Part shown: positions 25,943-38,648 of the stretch, one piece after another | How positions within the stretch are numbered: the stretch's first letter is position 1 | How the letters are laid out: the number at the start of each line of letters is the position of its first letter | Source: Eledone cirrhosa | Taxonomy: Eukaryota | NCBI GenBank assembly: GCA_964016885.1 | Contig: OZ024747.1 | Span: 80,476,001-80,540,000 of the forward strand | DNA: 64,000 nucleotides | Reading direction: 5' to 3' | Translations under genes and position numbers: made by a program | The notes under the pieces: model-generated | What the model saw: the letters and a program-made list of their open reading frames with translations, nothing else | What the model was told of the DNA's origin: nothing | Databases searched by the model: none

Positions 25943-26445
25943 TACCTCATTTTACTAGTCTCAAGAACGCGTCTACACGACGTGAGAAAGAATCCCAAAA
26001 GGCGGAGGGGGAGATAGTCACGCGATATAATGGTCGAGAAACAGAGCTAAGCCTCTTATAACCACGAAGAAAATACCACGGAGGTGGAGGGGGTATTCAT
26101 ATCGAGGCCGTAGAAGAGGTAGTGAAGAAGGCGAGAAGTATGAGTAATGGAAGCTTTCCAGTTGTCCCCACACTTCAAAGATTGCTCGACCAGAGGGAGT
26201 TATTAATATATTAAGAAACACACAGATACATGCGGACACACACATATATACATGAATGCATCCGCACCCAACTGTGAGTTAAGGGTGCCAACTTCACCGA
26301 TGTTGCTCAATGAATGACTGGGACAGACCAATTCAGTTTGAACCAGACTGAACCAGTATCAGAGTTAAAAATACATTATGAAGAGAGAAGAAACATTTAG
26401 ATATAATTAGTAATAAAATGTATCATACCTAAACTGTTCCTAAAT

Positions 26446-26533
26446 TCCTCGACTACGTAGTTTCGTGGCATAAACAAAAACAATATATCAAAGATATAGA
26501 GTCCCTGCGAGGTCTGCCGACTTATCAAGAGGA
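26446..26533 (-). ncRNA. Type I hammerhead, U3-A8 variant (partial unit 4)
   Basis: Same sequence, offset 1773. Confidence 0.85.
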
Positions 26534-26805
26534 TACCTCATTTTACTAGTCTCAAGAACGCGTCTACACGACGTGAGAAAGAATCCCAAAATTATATCTA
26601 AATGTTTCTTCTCTCTTCATAATGTATTTTTAACTCTGATACTGGTTCAGTCTGGTTCAAACTGAATTGGTCTGTCCCAGTCATTCATTGAGCAACATCG
26701 GTGAAGTTGGCACCCTTAACTCACAGTTGGGTGCGGATGCATTCATGTATATATGTGTGTGTCCGCATGTATCTGTGTGTTTCTTAATATATATATATAT
26801 ATATA

Positions 26806-26988
26806 TTCCGGGTTGAATCGGAGGTAGCCACAGTAAGTAAGGTACTCAATACATAGCAGAGTATAACAGTTTTAATATAGATGAGATTCTACAGGACTAG
26901 AACTGATTCATTCTTTAGAAATGATCAGGATTCCTGATGATTTCTAAAGAATGAAACAGTTCTAGTCCTGTAGAATCTCATCTATATA
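26806..26988. mobile_element. Family D inverted-arm element with hammerhead-like core
   Basis: Palindrome about 26875-26986 centred just 5' of CTGATGA-tttctaaagaat-GAAA; homologous to 38445, 53915 and the tail-only copy at 19065-19112. Confidence 0.8.
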
Positions 26989-27011
26989 TTATATATATAT
27001 ATATATTTCTA

Positions 27012-27160
27012 TTCTAAGGCGGGTAAAATTCCCGAGATCCATGGACGAGTTCTCTCCAGCGGTCTCTGTCCCGCATTATCGCTGCCATGTCCTGCGTCTC
27101 CAATAGACCAGTGTCTGTCCTTAGGGCATCAACATACGTTAACCTTGGTCTTCCTCTTCT
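27012..27160 (-). mobile_element. RTE-like LINE 3' end
   Basis: RRGRPRLTYVDALRTDTGL...MRDRDRWRELV, the typical RTE-clade C-terminus. Confidence 0.8.
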
Positions 27161-27506
27161 ATATATATAATTATATATTCGTGTACAGATTTTTTGCATA
27201 CACATATAAACAAAAGTATTTATTTCGCGATAAATTATTGATTTTCTTGGAACGGAAAAAAACCCTGGTAATGTACGATGAACTTTTTTTATAAACACAA
27301 AATGTAGACACCAGCCTGAGGCCGAGGTATTCCGTACTTTTCTGTACTGTTATTTATATATTCGTGTACAGATATTTTTGCATACACAATAACAAAATAT
27401 AAACAAACGTATTTACTTCACGAGGCTCGAGAAGGATAAATATATATTAAATATATAAGAACCCTAGAGCAAATCTCGAGCAACGCCGGGCCATTCTGCT
27501 AGTATA

Positions 27507-27529
27507 TCTATATATCTAAAACAGAGAAT

Positions 27530-27562
<33 letters not shown>

Positions 27563-27802
27563 ATGTCTGTCTCCCTAAAACTCGAGAAACACCCAACCGA
27601 TTGTTTTCAAACTTTACACATGTAATACTTATGGTCCTGTGAGTGTTTTGAGAAAAAAGATTTCAAAGTTTTAATGCCCTAGGGACCTCATTAGGTGATT
27701 TAGCGATCTCTCTCTATAATTCTTAGTCTTTCTTTTTAGATAGATACATAGATATAACGTCGCGCCCTTATAATATCTGCCTGCATTACGACATTATGAC
27801 GC

Positions 27803-27842
<40 letters not shown>

Positions 27843-28158
27843 TATATATAGTGTGTATATATATATATAGTGTGTAAAACTTTTCGAAGTATTTACTTCT
27901 GCGTTCACAGATTGATTTTTTTAGTTTCAGAAGAACCCGTTAAGGGTGAAAGTAACAGTTCTTTGCTTAAACTTTAATCTGTTATTTTAATATATATAAA
28001 TATATATAATTATATATTCGTGTACAGATATTTTTGCATACACAATAACTAAATATAAACAAACGTATTTATTTCACGAGGCTCGATAAGGATAAATATA
28101 TATCAAATATATAAGAACCCTAGAGCAAATCCCGAGAAAGGCCGGGCCGTTCTGCTAG
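27507..28158 (+). mobile_element. Non-autonomous Helitron (652 bp)
   Basis: TC start, (CTGT)n, 3' hairpin CCCGAGAAAGGCCGGG and CTAG|t; tandem to the previous copy. Confidence 0.88.
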
Positions 28159-28339
28159 TATTTCCTAAAGGATATTTTTATGTTGCTTACTCATTGTTCG
28201 ATTGAGACACAGTTTTTGTCTTCCTTTGGAGATATAGATAGTCATAACAATCACTTGCTTTTCTATGTTGACCAACTCAACAACGCGCGCGTCTTTTTAA
28301 ATGTTTGAGTAGATATCTTAGAGCAAATATTTATTACAA

Positions 28340-28451
28340 CAACAGATTAAAGTTTAAGCAAGGAATCGCTGCTTTCACCCTTAACGGGATCTTCTGAAAC
28401 TAAAAAAAAAATCAATCTGTGGGCACAGAAGTAAATATTTCGATAAACGTT
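28340..28451 (-). mobile_element. Internal fragment of the same Helitron family
   Basis: Reverse complement of about 24382-24490 / 27878-27984. Confidence 0.75.
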
Positions 28452-28579
28452 GCAGCCGAAGGAAAACAGGAATACGATACTTCGGTCCCCTGGAAATGAA
28501 CGGATAAAAAGCGAAGATAATACGTCGTTTGGTTCAATTTAAATGTTAAAGAAAAAGAAAGGTTATATGTCTTAATTAG

Positions 28580-28740
28580 TGTGGTGAGCAAATGGGGTTC
28601 CACGTGCTGGCCTCCCCACAGCCTCGGCGGACAGAATGGAGAAGGCGTTTCCCCGGAGGATGCTAAGGAAAATGCGCTGGAAGAGCCATTCCAACTCGCG
28701 AGGCTCACGCATGCGGCTGGTCAGCTCAGCGCCTATGGTG
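28580..28740 (-). mobile_element. CRE-like 3' fragment
   Basis: Reverse complement of about 16090-16242. Confidence 0.75.
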
Positions 28741-31257
28741 GTGATATCCTATTGAGCCTTTGTAATTGACAATAGTTTGTAGACATCTATCGTGAAAGTC
28801 AAATGTGTTTTGAATAGTATTGTTTTGTTTTTATTGAAAATTTACTTTCTATATGTAGTTGATTTCCTTTTCTATAGTGCACTGATTGATATGTATTTAT
28901 AATATCAGGCTCTACTTTCATTTATGTTAGGATTTGGTCAATGAATATAAAGTAGGTTGTTGTCAATTCAGGAATTCACAAAACAGAAACGAGAGAATAA
29001 AGACATTTTTAGGTATTGGCTTTACAGATGACATTTGTGTTTCGTATTTTAAGGATTTTGATTTTAATTAAGATCACATTTGTTTTCATTCAACTTGATG
29101 CAGATGTGTAATTTATATTGTAATTATTAATTGCAAAAAGATTGTTTCCTCAAGTTTAGAAATTAGTTCAGAATACAGAAGCTACTAATCTCAAAGGTCA
29201 GGGGAGTATCAACATGTAATACTGCTCACACTTTAGGGACAGAGCTGCTGCCTCATACACACGCACACACCCTTGACTGCATCTAGAAAACGACCAGTCG
29301 ACATTATTTTATGCAGATATTTTGTTTTGTGATATTATCATCCTGACATTTCAATCTTTCTATGTAATTTTATTTCAGGGGTGATATTTTCGTATCAGTG
29401 TTTTGTACCTTATATACCTATAGCTTTTTCTCTTGCTTAGAGTCTTGTATAGAATGTTCTGTCTCCAAGCAGGATCTGATTTCGGATTTCTAGTTGTTTC
29501 CGCAGTTTACTCTATGATGTAGAGTACATTATTTGATTCAAGACCGTTTTATTCATTTAATTGATTTGCTCTGTATTTATTTCTAATGTACATCTAGCTG
29601 GCTTTATTAGGGCTGTATTTTGTTTTTATATTGTGATTATAGATTTTAGTGTGCTTCGAAGCTTTCCGCTTCTTGACCCATGCTATCACCTTCATCTCTC
29701 TATTTTGCTCTCACGCTCGGTTTATAGATTCACTTGAAAGAACAATGCAATATTCGAGGAAATGTACGAATATCATAAAACTTTTCTAGTCAAAGCGCAA
29801 ATTCATGTGGTTATAACACAACGTTTTTGTTTTATCGTCTTTTTTATTATTATTTTCATCCCATTCTTTATATTTTCATATCATGTTTGAAGCGTTGTTG
29901 ACACGAAAGCGGGCGGGATCAGTACAAAAGGCTTAGAAATTATTTCGATCATGAAAATACGAGAATTATTGCCTGAATTCGGAAATTGATTGTGTAAAAG
30001 TTCAAAGCACACGCAAAATGGCTTTAGCAGTAGATTCCCAAATCATTTTAAATATAACAAAACAAAATAATTTGTAATTTGTTTTTGTCTATCGTATATC
30101 ATATATTGACAGGGGGAAAAATAAAACAGATCTATGAAATAAATAGATTAAAGGAAATATGTCCTTATAGAACAAATTCAGGTAGTTTGATAAAATAATT
30201 CCGTAGAAATAGGATGCTTTTAGGATCAAAGAGCGGTGGAATTGTTGTAGTGGGTAGAGTGATGTGCAATTAAGTTACTTTATGACCAGGGTGTCCGACC
30301 TATCGATTGAAAGGATCATTTTGCAAACAGTAAAAGGTATATCGATGTATTATTACTGAGTTATAGATGAAGATAGAAATATAATTATATATTCCTCAGG
30401 AAGGGAATTTTGTAATATTTTTATGTAAGTGAACACGTGTCGTCAGAAAGAAGTTTGTAGTCTTGACTATGTAAGAAAGAATGTATCTACTGCTCTGTGA
30501 TGTTATTGGAAATGCAATAAAGTTTTCTAGTATTGGCATAAACTATAGGAATATGTCTTGAAATTTTGTCTTGGAAGGATAAAGAGCAAATTGAAAACTA
30601 ATGTAATTGTAATCATGATGTAAACAATGCTAGAAAACATTTAGTTCGGTATTTTCACAATTCTGCAAAAATCGTTGTGATACACTAACTAATTCACATC
30701 ATGCTATCTCCATTCCCTGTTTTGTGAATGCCTGTTACAGGACATGAAATCTCAGTTACATCCCCATGGTTCTATCTAGTCTATCTAATAGTTAATTCTT
30801 ATTTCAGAATCCAATTACGTCAATCGTTTCCTGTAAATATCCAGTAATCATTAAAGTGTATCTTTATTATAATGGAAAAAATAGAGCTTAATGAAATCTA
30901 TCTCGATTACATCATACAATGAAATGGTTATTTCGTTAGTAAAGTTTTAGAAAAGAACTCTTAGTCTAATAATTGCAGTAATGTTAAAATAAGTTTTCCG
31001 ATTCCCTGTGCGGTCTTTAAATCCTAAATCAAGGTTTATTTGATTCGTTCCCTTAAACATCCCTATTCTGTACATAGTTAGTATTTGATAATGTACTATT
31101 TCTTCTCAATTTGTTTACCTCCATCTTAATTCATGGATAACTATTGTGCGCCACTACCACCGTTCCTATCTAATAGTTTCAAGCAACACTTTCATCGACT
31201 TGTTACTTAAATATTCGCTTGTTATTTAAATATTCGCTGCGGTATTATTATAGAGAC

Positions 31258-31443
31258 GATGAATTGGCAGTATCGGTAGAGCATCAGACACCATGTTTTA
31301 CAGCATAGATTTATGGCCCTTTACGTTCTAAGTTCAAATCCCGCCGAGGTTAACTTTACCTTTCATCGTTACGGGGTCGATAAAATAAAGCACCAGTAAT
31401 GCACTGGGGTACCTGCTGGCCTTGTGCCCAAAGTAGAAACAAT
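31258..31443 (+). mobile_element. tRNA-derived SINE
   Basis: Head, core and tail present; TSD attattatagagac. Confidence 0.9.
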
Positions 31444-32479
31444 TATTATAGAGACCGAAGCTAGGCTATAGAAAAACATTTTATTAAAGATTATTGAGAA
31501 ACATATCTGACCATGGCATAATCAACTAGATAAAATCACTGAAAGAATGAACCAAAAGTAAAAGTATGTTTATCGATTTTCTTTTTGTGGTGGTAGTTAA
31601 TTATTTGAACGTTAATTATGTGGCCTACATTTTACATGCCTGACTTTTGTTGATCAAACTACATTTTATATGGAGAACGAATTTATACGAAAAATGAGAG
31701 GCACACAAGTATTTTGACAAACATACGTTCATATTAATGCAATTTCACAAATAGTTAATGGTTTTCGAAGTTAGCAATGCAAATTGCATTCAAATTCTGA
31801 TCACATATATGAAGAAAATATACTTTCTAGTTTTATTCATTAAGTTTTATATTAATGTTGTTTATAATGCAATTACATTGTTAATATGAAATATATGGCA
31901 ATTGCTTCATGTTAGAATCATCACGGTAGATATGTAACACACACATGCACTGTTACATTCATATTTAGCTTTTTACTAGAATGATATCCACTGTTGCACT
32001 GGGAATTGATTATTACACCAGTCGCTAATTTATTGAATGGGAGTCATGTTAATTCTGCATGCATTTATTGTTTCAAACTCATTTTTGTTACAGAGATAAT
32101 ACATTTAAATTTTACGTGCATTAATATAATTAACTATAACAGGAAAAAACACACATATACAGACATGGTCACATACATACACGTACACCCACACACTCGC
32201 TCTCTATCACACACACGCCAACCCACGCCCATATATATATATATATATATATGGATAAATTTAATTTTAGTGTGCTAAACACGTGAAAGAGAATTGATCA
32301 AGAAATGACAGTAAAAATACTGGACATAACAAAAGTAAAATGCGGAAGTAATTAAAATATGTTCCTTATTATTTCTGATAAAATCCGAAATATGGTGACA
32401 CTCTGAAACTTCTGTTTATGATTTCCACTTGTATTTACTTTTGAGTATTCATGCGTTCGCTATTACATGTAACTGTGTT

Positions 32480-32750
32480 TGCCTCATAGTGGGTATGTGT
32501 CTCGCCGAGGTTAACTTTGCCTTTCATCCTTACGGGGTCGATAAAATATTTTGATTTTGGTCATGAGGTTGGCCTCATAGTGTGTATGTGTCTCACCGGG
32601 GTTAAACTTTGCCTTTCATCCTTACGGGATCGATAAAATATTTTGATTTTGGTCTTCATGCTTGCCCCATAGTGTGTGTATGTCTCGCTGGGGTTAACTT
32701 TGCCTTTCATCCTTACAGGTTCGATAAATATTTTGATTTTGGTTTTCATG
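32480..32750 (+). repeat. Three tandem units of about 90 bp built on the SINE core
   Basis: GCCTCATAGTG..GTCTC + GGTTAACTTTGCCTTTCATCCTTACGGGGTCGATAAAATATTTTGATTTTGGT, three times. Confidence 0.85.
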
Positions 32751-33311
32751 ATTCACAGATGTATTAATAGTTGTTTCAGGTAAAAAATCCTTTAGTTTAA
32801 AAATACATTAGTCGAAACGTTTTACCCTGAACTGATTTCGGTAGAATTGCAGTACACATAAACAGATATAGATACACAACGGTAGAAGTATATTGATCGC
32901 CTTGTAATATCAACATATGTCATAAAGTGTCAAATTATTTTCTTTGGTATAAACCAGCTGCAGGTCAAAAGAATTTGCACCTAATAATATATATATATTA
33001 GTATTACAAAACAATAATAAATTAACAGCATATTCATGTTTTAAATGACTGGGGCTATGGAATTGTTTAGTCACGGTAGATAATCTTAGATAAAATAATT
33101 TGCCATACAGCAACTTGTGGAAAATAAAAAGATAGGAATGCACATTGAATATATTACTACTGACTTGATTATAGAACTATAGCATTTAAAGAACTGCATA
33201 CAGATTTGTAGAAGGAAAAAGATCGACTCAAATCTAGTAGAATACTGATATTGAAGCTCAAAAGATCAAAACAAAGATATACCCGAAATTATTTAAATAT
33301 AGGTTCTAACG

Positions 33312-33650
33312 CAGAGGTTCTCAAACGTTTTGGGTCACCGCCTCCCTCACGGCTACATAATACCCCAATCACACACAACCCTATTTCCAGAGAGACCTGC
33401 CTACACGCAAATTGTAAATAATATATGATAAATAAAATCGTTAATTTATATATGATAAATAATATGATATATACTGTGTATAAATAAATATTATTTATTT
33501 TACTATATTTATAAATAATATGTATCATTTGATATTTAATATAATATTATATCATATCTACCGCCCCACCGCCTCTTTAGGCCACAGCACCGCACCTGGA
33601 CCTTCTCAACGCCTCCCGGGGTGCGGTAGCGCCCACTTAGAGAATCTCTG
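33312..33650. mobile_element. hAT-type MITE, degraded
   Basis: CAGAGGTTCTCAAAC ... TTAGAGAATCTCTG TIRs; TSD only partly retained. Confidence 0.65.
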
Positions 33651-33811
33651 TTGAAACTGAACGCAACGAAATGATGCTACAAGATATTCAACCAGAAGGC
33701 ACTCTATCGTTGCTATCATTCCACATCCTATTTATTAATGATTGATTACATGTGGCAGAATTTGAAAATTCATAATATGGTTGAAATTCATAAAACAACG
33801 TGAAGCAGTAA

Positions 33812-34566
33812 ATGTTCGTTGAACCAGCGTTAGGCGTTCGTTGAACCAGCGATAGACGTTCGTTGAGCCAGCGATAGACGTTTGTTGAGCCAGCGATAGC
33901 CGTTCATTGAGCCAGCGGTAGACGTTCGTTGAGCCAGCGGTAGACGTTCGTTGAACCAGCGACAGACGTTCGTTGAGCCAGCGATAGATATTCGTTAAGC
34001 CAGCGATAGACGTTCGTTGAGACAGCGATAGACGTTTGTTGAGCCAGCGATAGACGTTTGTTGAACCAGCGATAGACGTTCGTTGAACCAGCGATAGGCG
34101 TTCGTTGAGCCAGTGGTACGTTCGGTGAGCCAGCGATAGACGTTCGTTGAGCCAGTGGTACGTTCGTTGAGCCAGCGGTAGACATTCGTTGAGCCAGCGG
34201 TAGACGTTCGTGGAACCATCGACAGACGTTCGTTGAGCCAGCGATAGACATTCGTTGAGCCAGCGATAGGTGTTCGTTGAGCCAGACGATAGTTGTTCGT
34301 TGAGCCAGCGATAGACGTTCGTTGAGCCAGCGATAGACGTTTGTTGAACCAGCAATAGTCGTTCGTTGAACAGGCGATAGGCGTTCGTTGAGCCAGTGGT
34401 ACGTTCGGTGAGCCAGCGATAGCCGTTCGTTGAGCCAGCGATAGACGTTCCTTGAGCCAGCGGAAGGCGTTCGTTGAGCAAGCGGCAGACGTTCGTTGAA
34501 CCAGCGATAGACGTTCGTTGAACCAGCGACAGACATTCGTTGAGCCACCGATAGACGTTCGTTGAC
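33812..34566. repeat. 22-bp minisatellite (GAGCCAGCGATAGACGTTCGTT), about 34 units
   Basis: Direct tandem periodicity with occasional shorter variant units. Confidence 0.95.
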
Positions 34567-35899
34567 CATTTGCTATCAGGCTTTAGTTTCTAGTTTCCTT
34601 TTAATTTCTTTACTCCAGTAATGCAGTTGAGAAAGTTGTCTAAACCATATCATTTAATTTCTTTTCACCTACAAATTGTTCTCTTTAATAGAACGTAACC
34701 TCTTTGATTTAAGCGGTGAAGTTACAGCGTCGTTAGTATGTTGGATAGAATGATTCACCTTATTCAATTAAGCGCTTTCCAGGTCGATAACTAATATACA
34801 AGTACAGTACTGGGGTAGATGATCGTACCTTCCCCTTCTCTTTCTAACTTTTCACTTTCTCAGTCATGGAAAAGAATGGATGCCGGCAGAATTTAAAATG
34901 TCGACGATAAGCTGTGTGACGAGGCGACCCGACGACTCCATCAGATGGTCAGAGCCCGTGGAATCTGATTGAATGTAATGAATGCTTCCTTTTTCTTCTT
35001 TTTCAACATATCGTTTTCACTAAATTTTTTCCCATTTTCTTAAGCAGGTAAGAAAATCGCCTGCAAATAATCTTAGAAAGAGCATAAGACTTTACTGTTT
35101 CTACCAAGTAATATATGTTATTTACGAGGTCAAATAGCGAAGCTATTAACAATAAAATTATCTTGATGCTCTGGTTAGGTCTTCAGTTAATGATAAATGC
35201 CAAACTGTCAAGTCCACAGAGTATAGGAATAAATATTCCATTTCCTCCAAACCATATTAAACGACTTCATTCTTTAGTTTACACGTTTTCATTTTATAAT
35301 CCACAATTTCAAGTGATTTAACTTTAGAGTTTCTTATTTACGTTTAGTTGAATATTGTCATTTAATTTGGAAAGAAATGACAAAAAGTATCTGAAAAAAT
35401 ATTAAATACTTATTTTTTATGTAAGGTATATATTTTCATATTAATAAAAAAGAACTGAGTGTTCAAGTGATAATGACATTTGAAAGTACAGCCGGAACAT
35501 AAGTAAAACATTACAGGAAATAATAATTTATTTTGATAAGGAATCAAGACAATTTATATTATAATAGCTGTGAAACGTTTTCCATATACGACAGTAACAA
35601 TCTCAAATTTGCTGATATTTTTCATTTAGAATTCATGGATCACAATTAAAAATAAGATGCTGTTCTTAAATGTTGAAAAATGTTTTCATTCATTTCAAAA
35701 TGCATCGTTCTATTTTTCTTTTTCTCTCTTCTTCTTTCTATCAATCTATTTATCAATCTATGTGAATATGTGTGTGTGCGTGTATGTGCGTGCACGTCTA
35801 TGAATATATGTATATGTGTGTGTGTGTATATATATATATATATAGATGTATATATCCCCCTCCTCCTCCTCCTCTTCCTCCTCCTCCTCATCATAATCA

Positions 35900-36010
<111 letters not shown>

Positions 36011-36301
36011 TTGATCTCAGTTACGGGACACACACAATCAGAGTCGATAGCTAAGCCTACGTTTTTGACGTACGACAAAATGTGCGAACAGACATACATA
36101 TATTTACATATATACATACGTATGCAAACATATACACCCATACTCACAAACAACAACACACACACACAAACACACACATATATACATATATATACATATG
36201 TATGTATGTATATATATGTATATATATATATGAGCGTGTATGTGTGCTTGCGTGCGTTCGTGTATATGTGTGTGTAGTGGAAGATCAATATTTACATATA
36301 C

Positions 36302-36420
<119 letters not shown>

Positions 36421-36444
36421 TATATATATATACCATCACCGCAA

Positions 36445-36610
36445 AACAATGGTTTCTGATTTAGGCACTAGGCCAACAATTTTGCTGGATGGGGAAGTCT
36501 ATTAAATCGACCCAGTGTGTTACTGGTACTTTAATATATTGACCTCGTAAGGATGATATGTAAAGCTAAACTCGTTAGAATTCTATCTCAGAAAGTAAAT
36601 GGCCGTAATA
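36445..36610 (-). mobile_element. SINE, diverged
   Basis: Reverse complement of the SINE core and tail. Confidence 0.7.
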
Positions 36611-37980
36611 TAATAATAAGTATTCTATTATTGGCCACAGGAGCCGAGATATGTAGGGCAATACCTAAACAAGGAGTGGCGGTTTAAATAAAATTCGTTA
36701 AAAAAAAGATAAATAACAATAAAGAATACAATTAGAGCCCTAGATATTCCCCAATGGGGGGAATAGTATCCAGGGGTGACTTAGGAACCAACCAATCCTA
36801 TACCACTAGGTAGAATAACTTGCAGTATTCGTCCTCTTCTCTGCGCTCTGCTTCCACAGCGTTCATGTAAATTAGTTTGTTTCAACATGTTTACTTATTA
36901 TCTTTCAATTTAAACGTATTAATCAGAGTGAAATTTGCATTGTGAACTTACTGTTAGTCAATGTTTTTTTATTTATCCACTGTTAAAGAATCCAAATTTT
37001 CAATTCTTAGCTATTCGGTTATCTATCGATATTTATATCTAATATCAACATTCTCCATGTTAAGATCAACAATGAAATAATCCCAATATAAATGTTTAAT
37101 GGCTGCTATGTTTGGGGGCAGTTAAGATAAATCGTAAAATCTTCCATTTTAAAATAGCGCAGTTGAAACAATAAAACTAAGAGTCTCAAAAGAAGAAGCA
37201 GTCCTCTTATTGACATTATTTGCAACACATTATTTCAAAGGTATAGATGCACAACATATAATTCACAACGTATAATATATAAGAACTTCATGAATCTTTC
37301 ATGTAACATGTTTTCGATATGAATGATTATAACTTTTAAACCACTTTAAATATAAAGAGGCAGGGCTCTTTGCTTTGCGCAATTTTCGTTCCATATGTCG
37401 GATCGTTTGCTAGGTTGATTGTTCTCTTTTTGATCTGCACGTCTACATTTCTTCGTATTAGTATTGTTTTATTACTAACAATGCCTATCTGCAGTAATTC
37501 AATCCTCAAACATATTTTATCTAATACCATTCAACCGAGATTTTCCTTTCATCACTGTTGTACAGTATTTTAGATTCATATGCAGGCAGTTTTCCTCTAT
37601 ATACAATCTTTATCATCATTCTTTATGCACAGATCATAAAATATTGACAGCTGAGAATGTTCTAAGCGGTGTTGAGCTGTGCTTTGCTGTAGTGTTATGT
37701 GGTACTTATTTCAATGAGTAAGAAAATTAACTGTTTACAGAGAGCTGTAGTTTTCAATCATATTTTGATGTATTACAATCAGTTTTATGAGATGACAATG
37801 TTTAGTGAATTCTATTTCAAATTACGTATTCGATATTCATGTTCGTCTAACACTATCTTATGTGAACAAAGCAATATTTGGATCACCATAGAAATTGTGT
37901 ATGTATGTATGTATGTATAGATATATCTATGAACATAAATACACACACGCACACATACACACATACACATTTATTATTAT

Positions 37981-38050
<70 letters not shown>

Positions 38051-38444
38051 TGTTTGTTTTCAATTAATGGCCGTCATTTTCCTCTAAACATAGACGCCAC
38101 ATTTGTCAGCAAACCGTTAAATCTAAACATAAAACAATGCACACAAACTTATATTTTAATATTTTATTATGTCAACAATATTGTTTTCTCTATCAGCTTT
38201 CCTTATTTGATATTATTCAGTTTGCACGCACAGGCGATAATATATCATATATGATCGGCGCTTCTACGTTATATATGCGCCTAACTAAGAAAGATAATCA
38301 GTGTAAAACGAGACTGGAAGTTACTGAGAACAATAGTCAGATCTCATCGAAAATGGAGCATGGTCAATGCAATAATTATATATATATATATATTAGTATC
38401 GGAGCTCTGAAATAGCGATGTATGTATGAATGTATGTATAGTAT

Positions 38445-38609
38445 ATCCCGGGTTCAATCGGGGGTAACCACAGTAAGTAAGGTACTCAATAGAAAGCAGA
38501 GTATAAATATTTAATATAGAAAGACTTCTACAGGACTGGAACTGTTTCATTCCGGAGAAATCATCAGGAGAAATCATCAATGAAACAGTTCTAGTCCTGT
38601 AGAAGACTT

Positions 38610-38617
<8 letters not shown>
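38445..38617. mobile_element. Family D inverted-arm element
   Basis: Homologous to 26806-26988; inversion junction within the hammerhead-like core. Confidence 0.8.

Positions 38618-38648
<31 letters not shown>

Larger units (their letters stand above)
24600..26790 (-). mobile_element. Retrozyme-like tandem array: 3.4 x 591-bp units plus inverted arm
   Basis: Units start at 24600, 25191, 25782 and 26373 (partial to 26591); one substitution noticed (24660); inverted arm 26590-26790; one hammerhead per unit; (TA)n both sides. Confidence 0.9.
23976..27502 (+). mobile_element. Non-autonomous Helitron carrying nested insertions
   Basis: a|TC start, (CTGT)n near the 5' end, 3' GC-rich CTCGAGCAACGCCGGG then CTAG|t; collinear with the 652-bp copy at 27507 except for about 2.6 kb inserted in its internal (TA)n. 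Confidence 0.85.

Noticed and set aside
24836-26245. Repeated 75-aa ORF, and the idea of an endless ORF on a 591-nt (197-codon) circle
   Set aside because: All six frames hit stops within the first 60 or so nt of the unit; the 75-aa ORF starts in a TG-rich patch and has no recognisable motif
33812-34566. CRISPR-like array (also considered for 52460-52693)
   Set aside because: Units are contiguous with no unique spacers; eukaryotic context; no cas genes
33735-34569. 248-aa and 221-aa ORFs
   Set aside because: Translations of the 22-bp minisatellite
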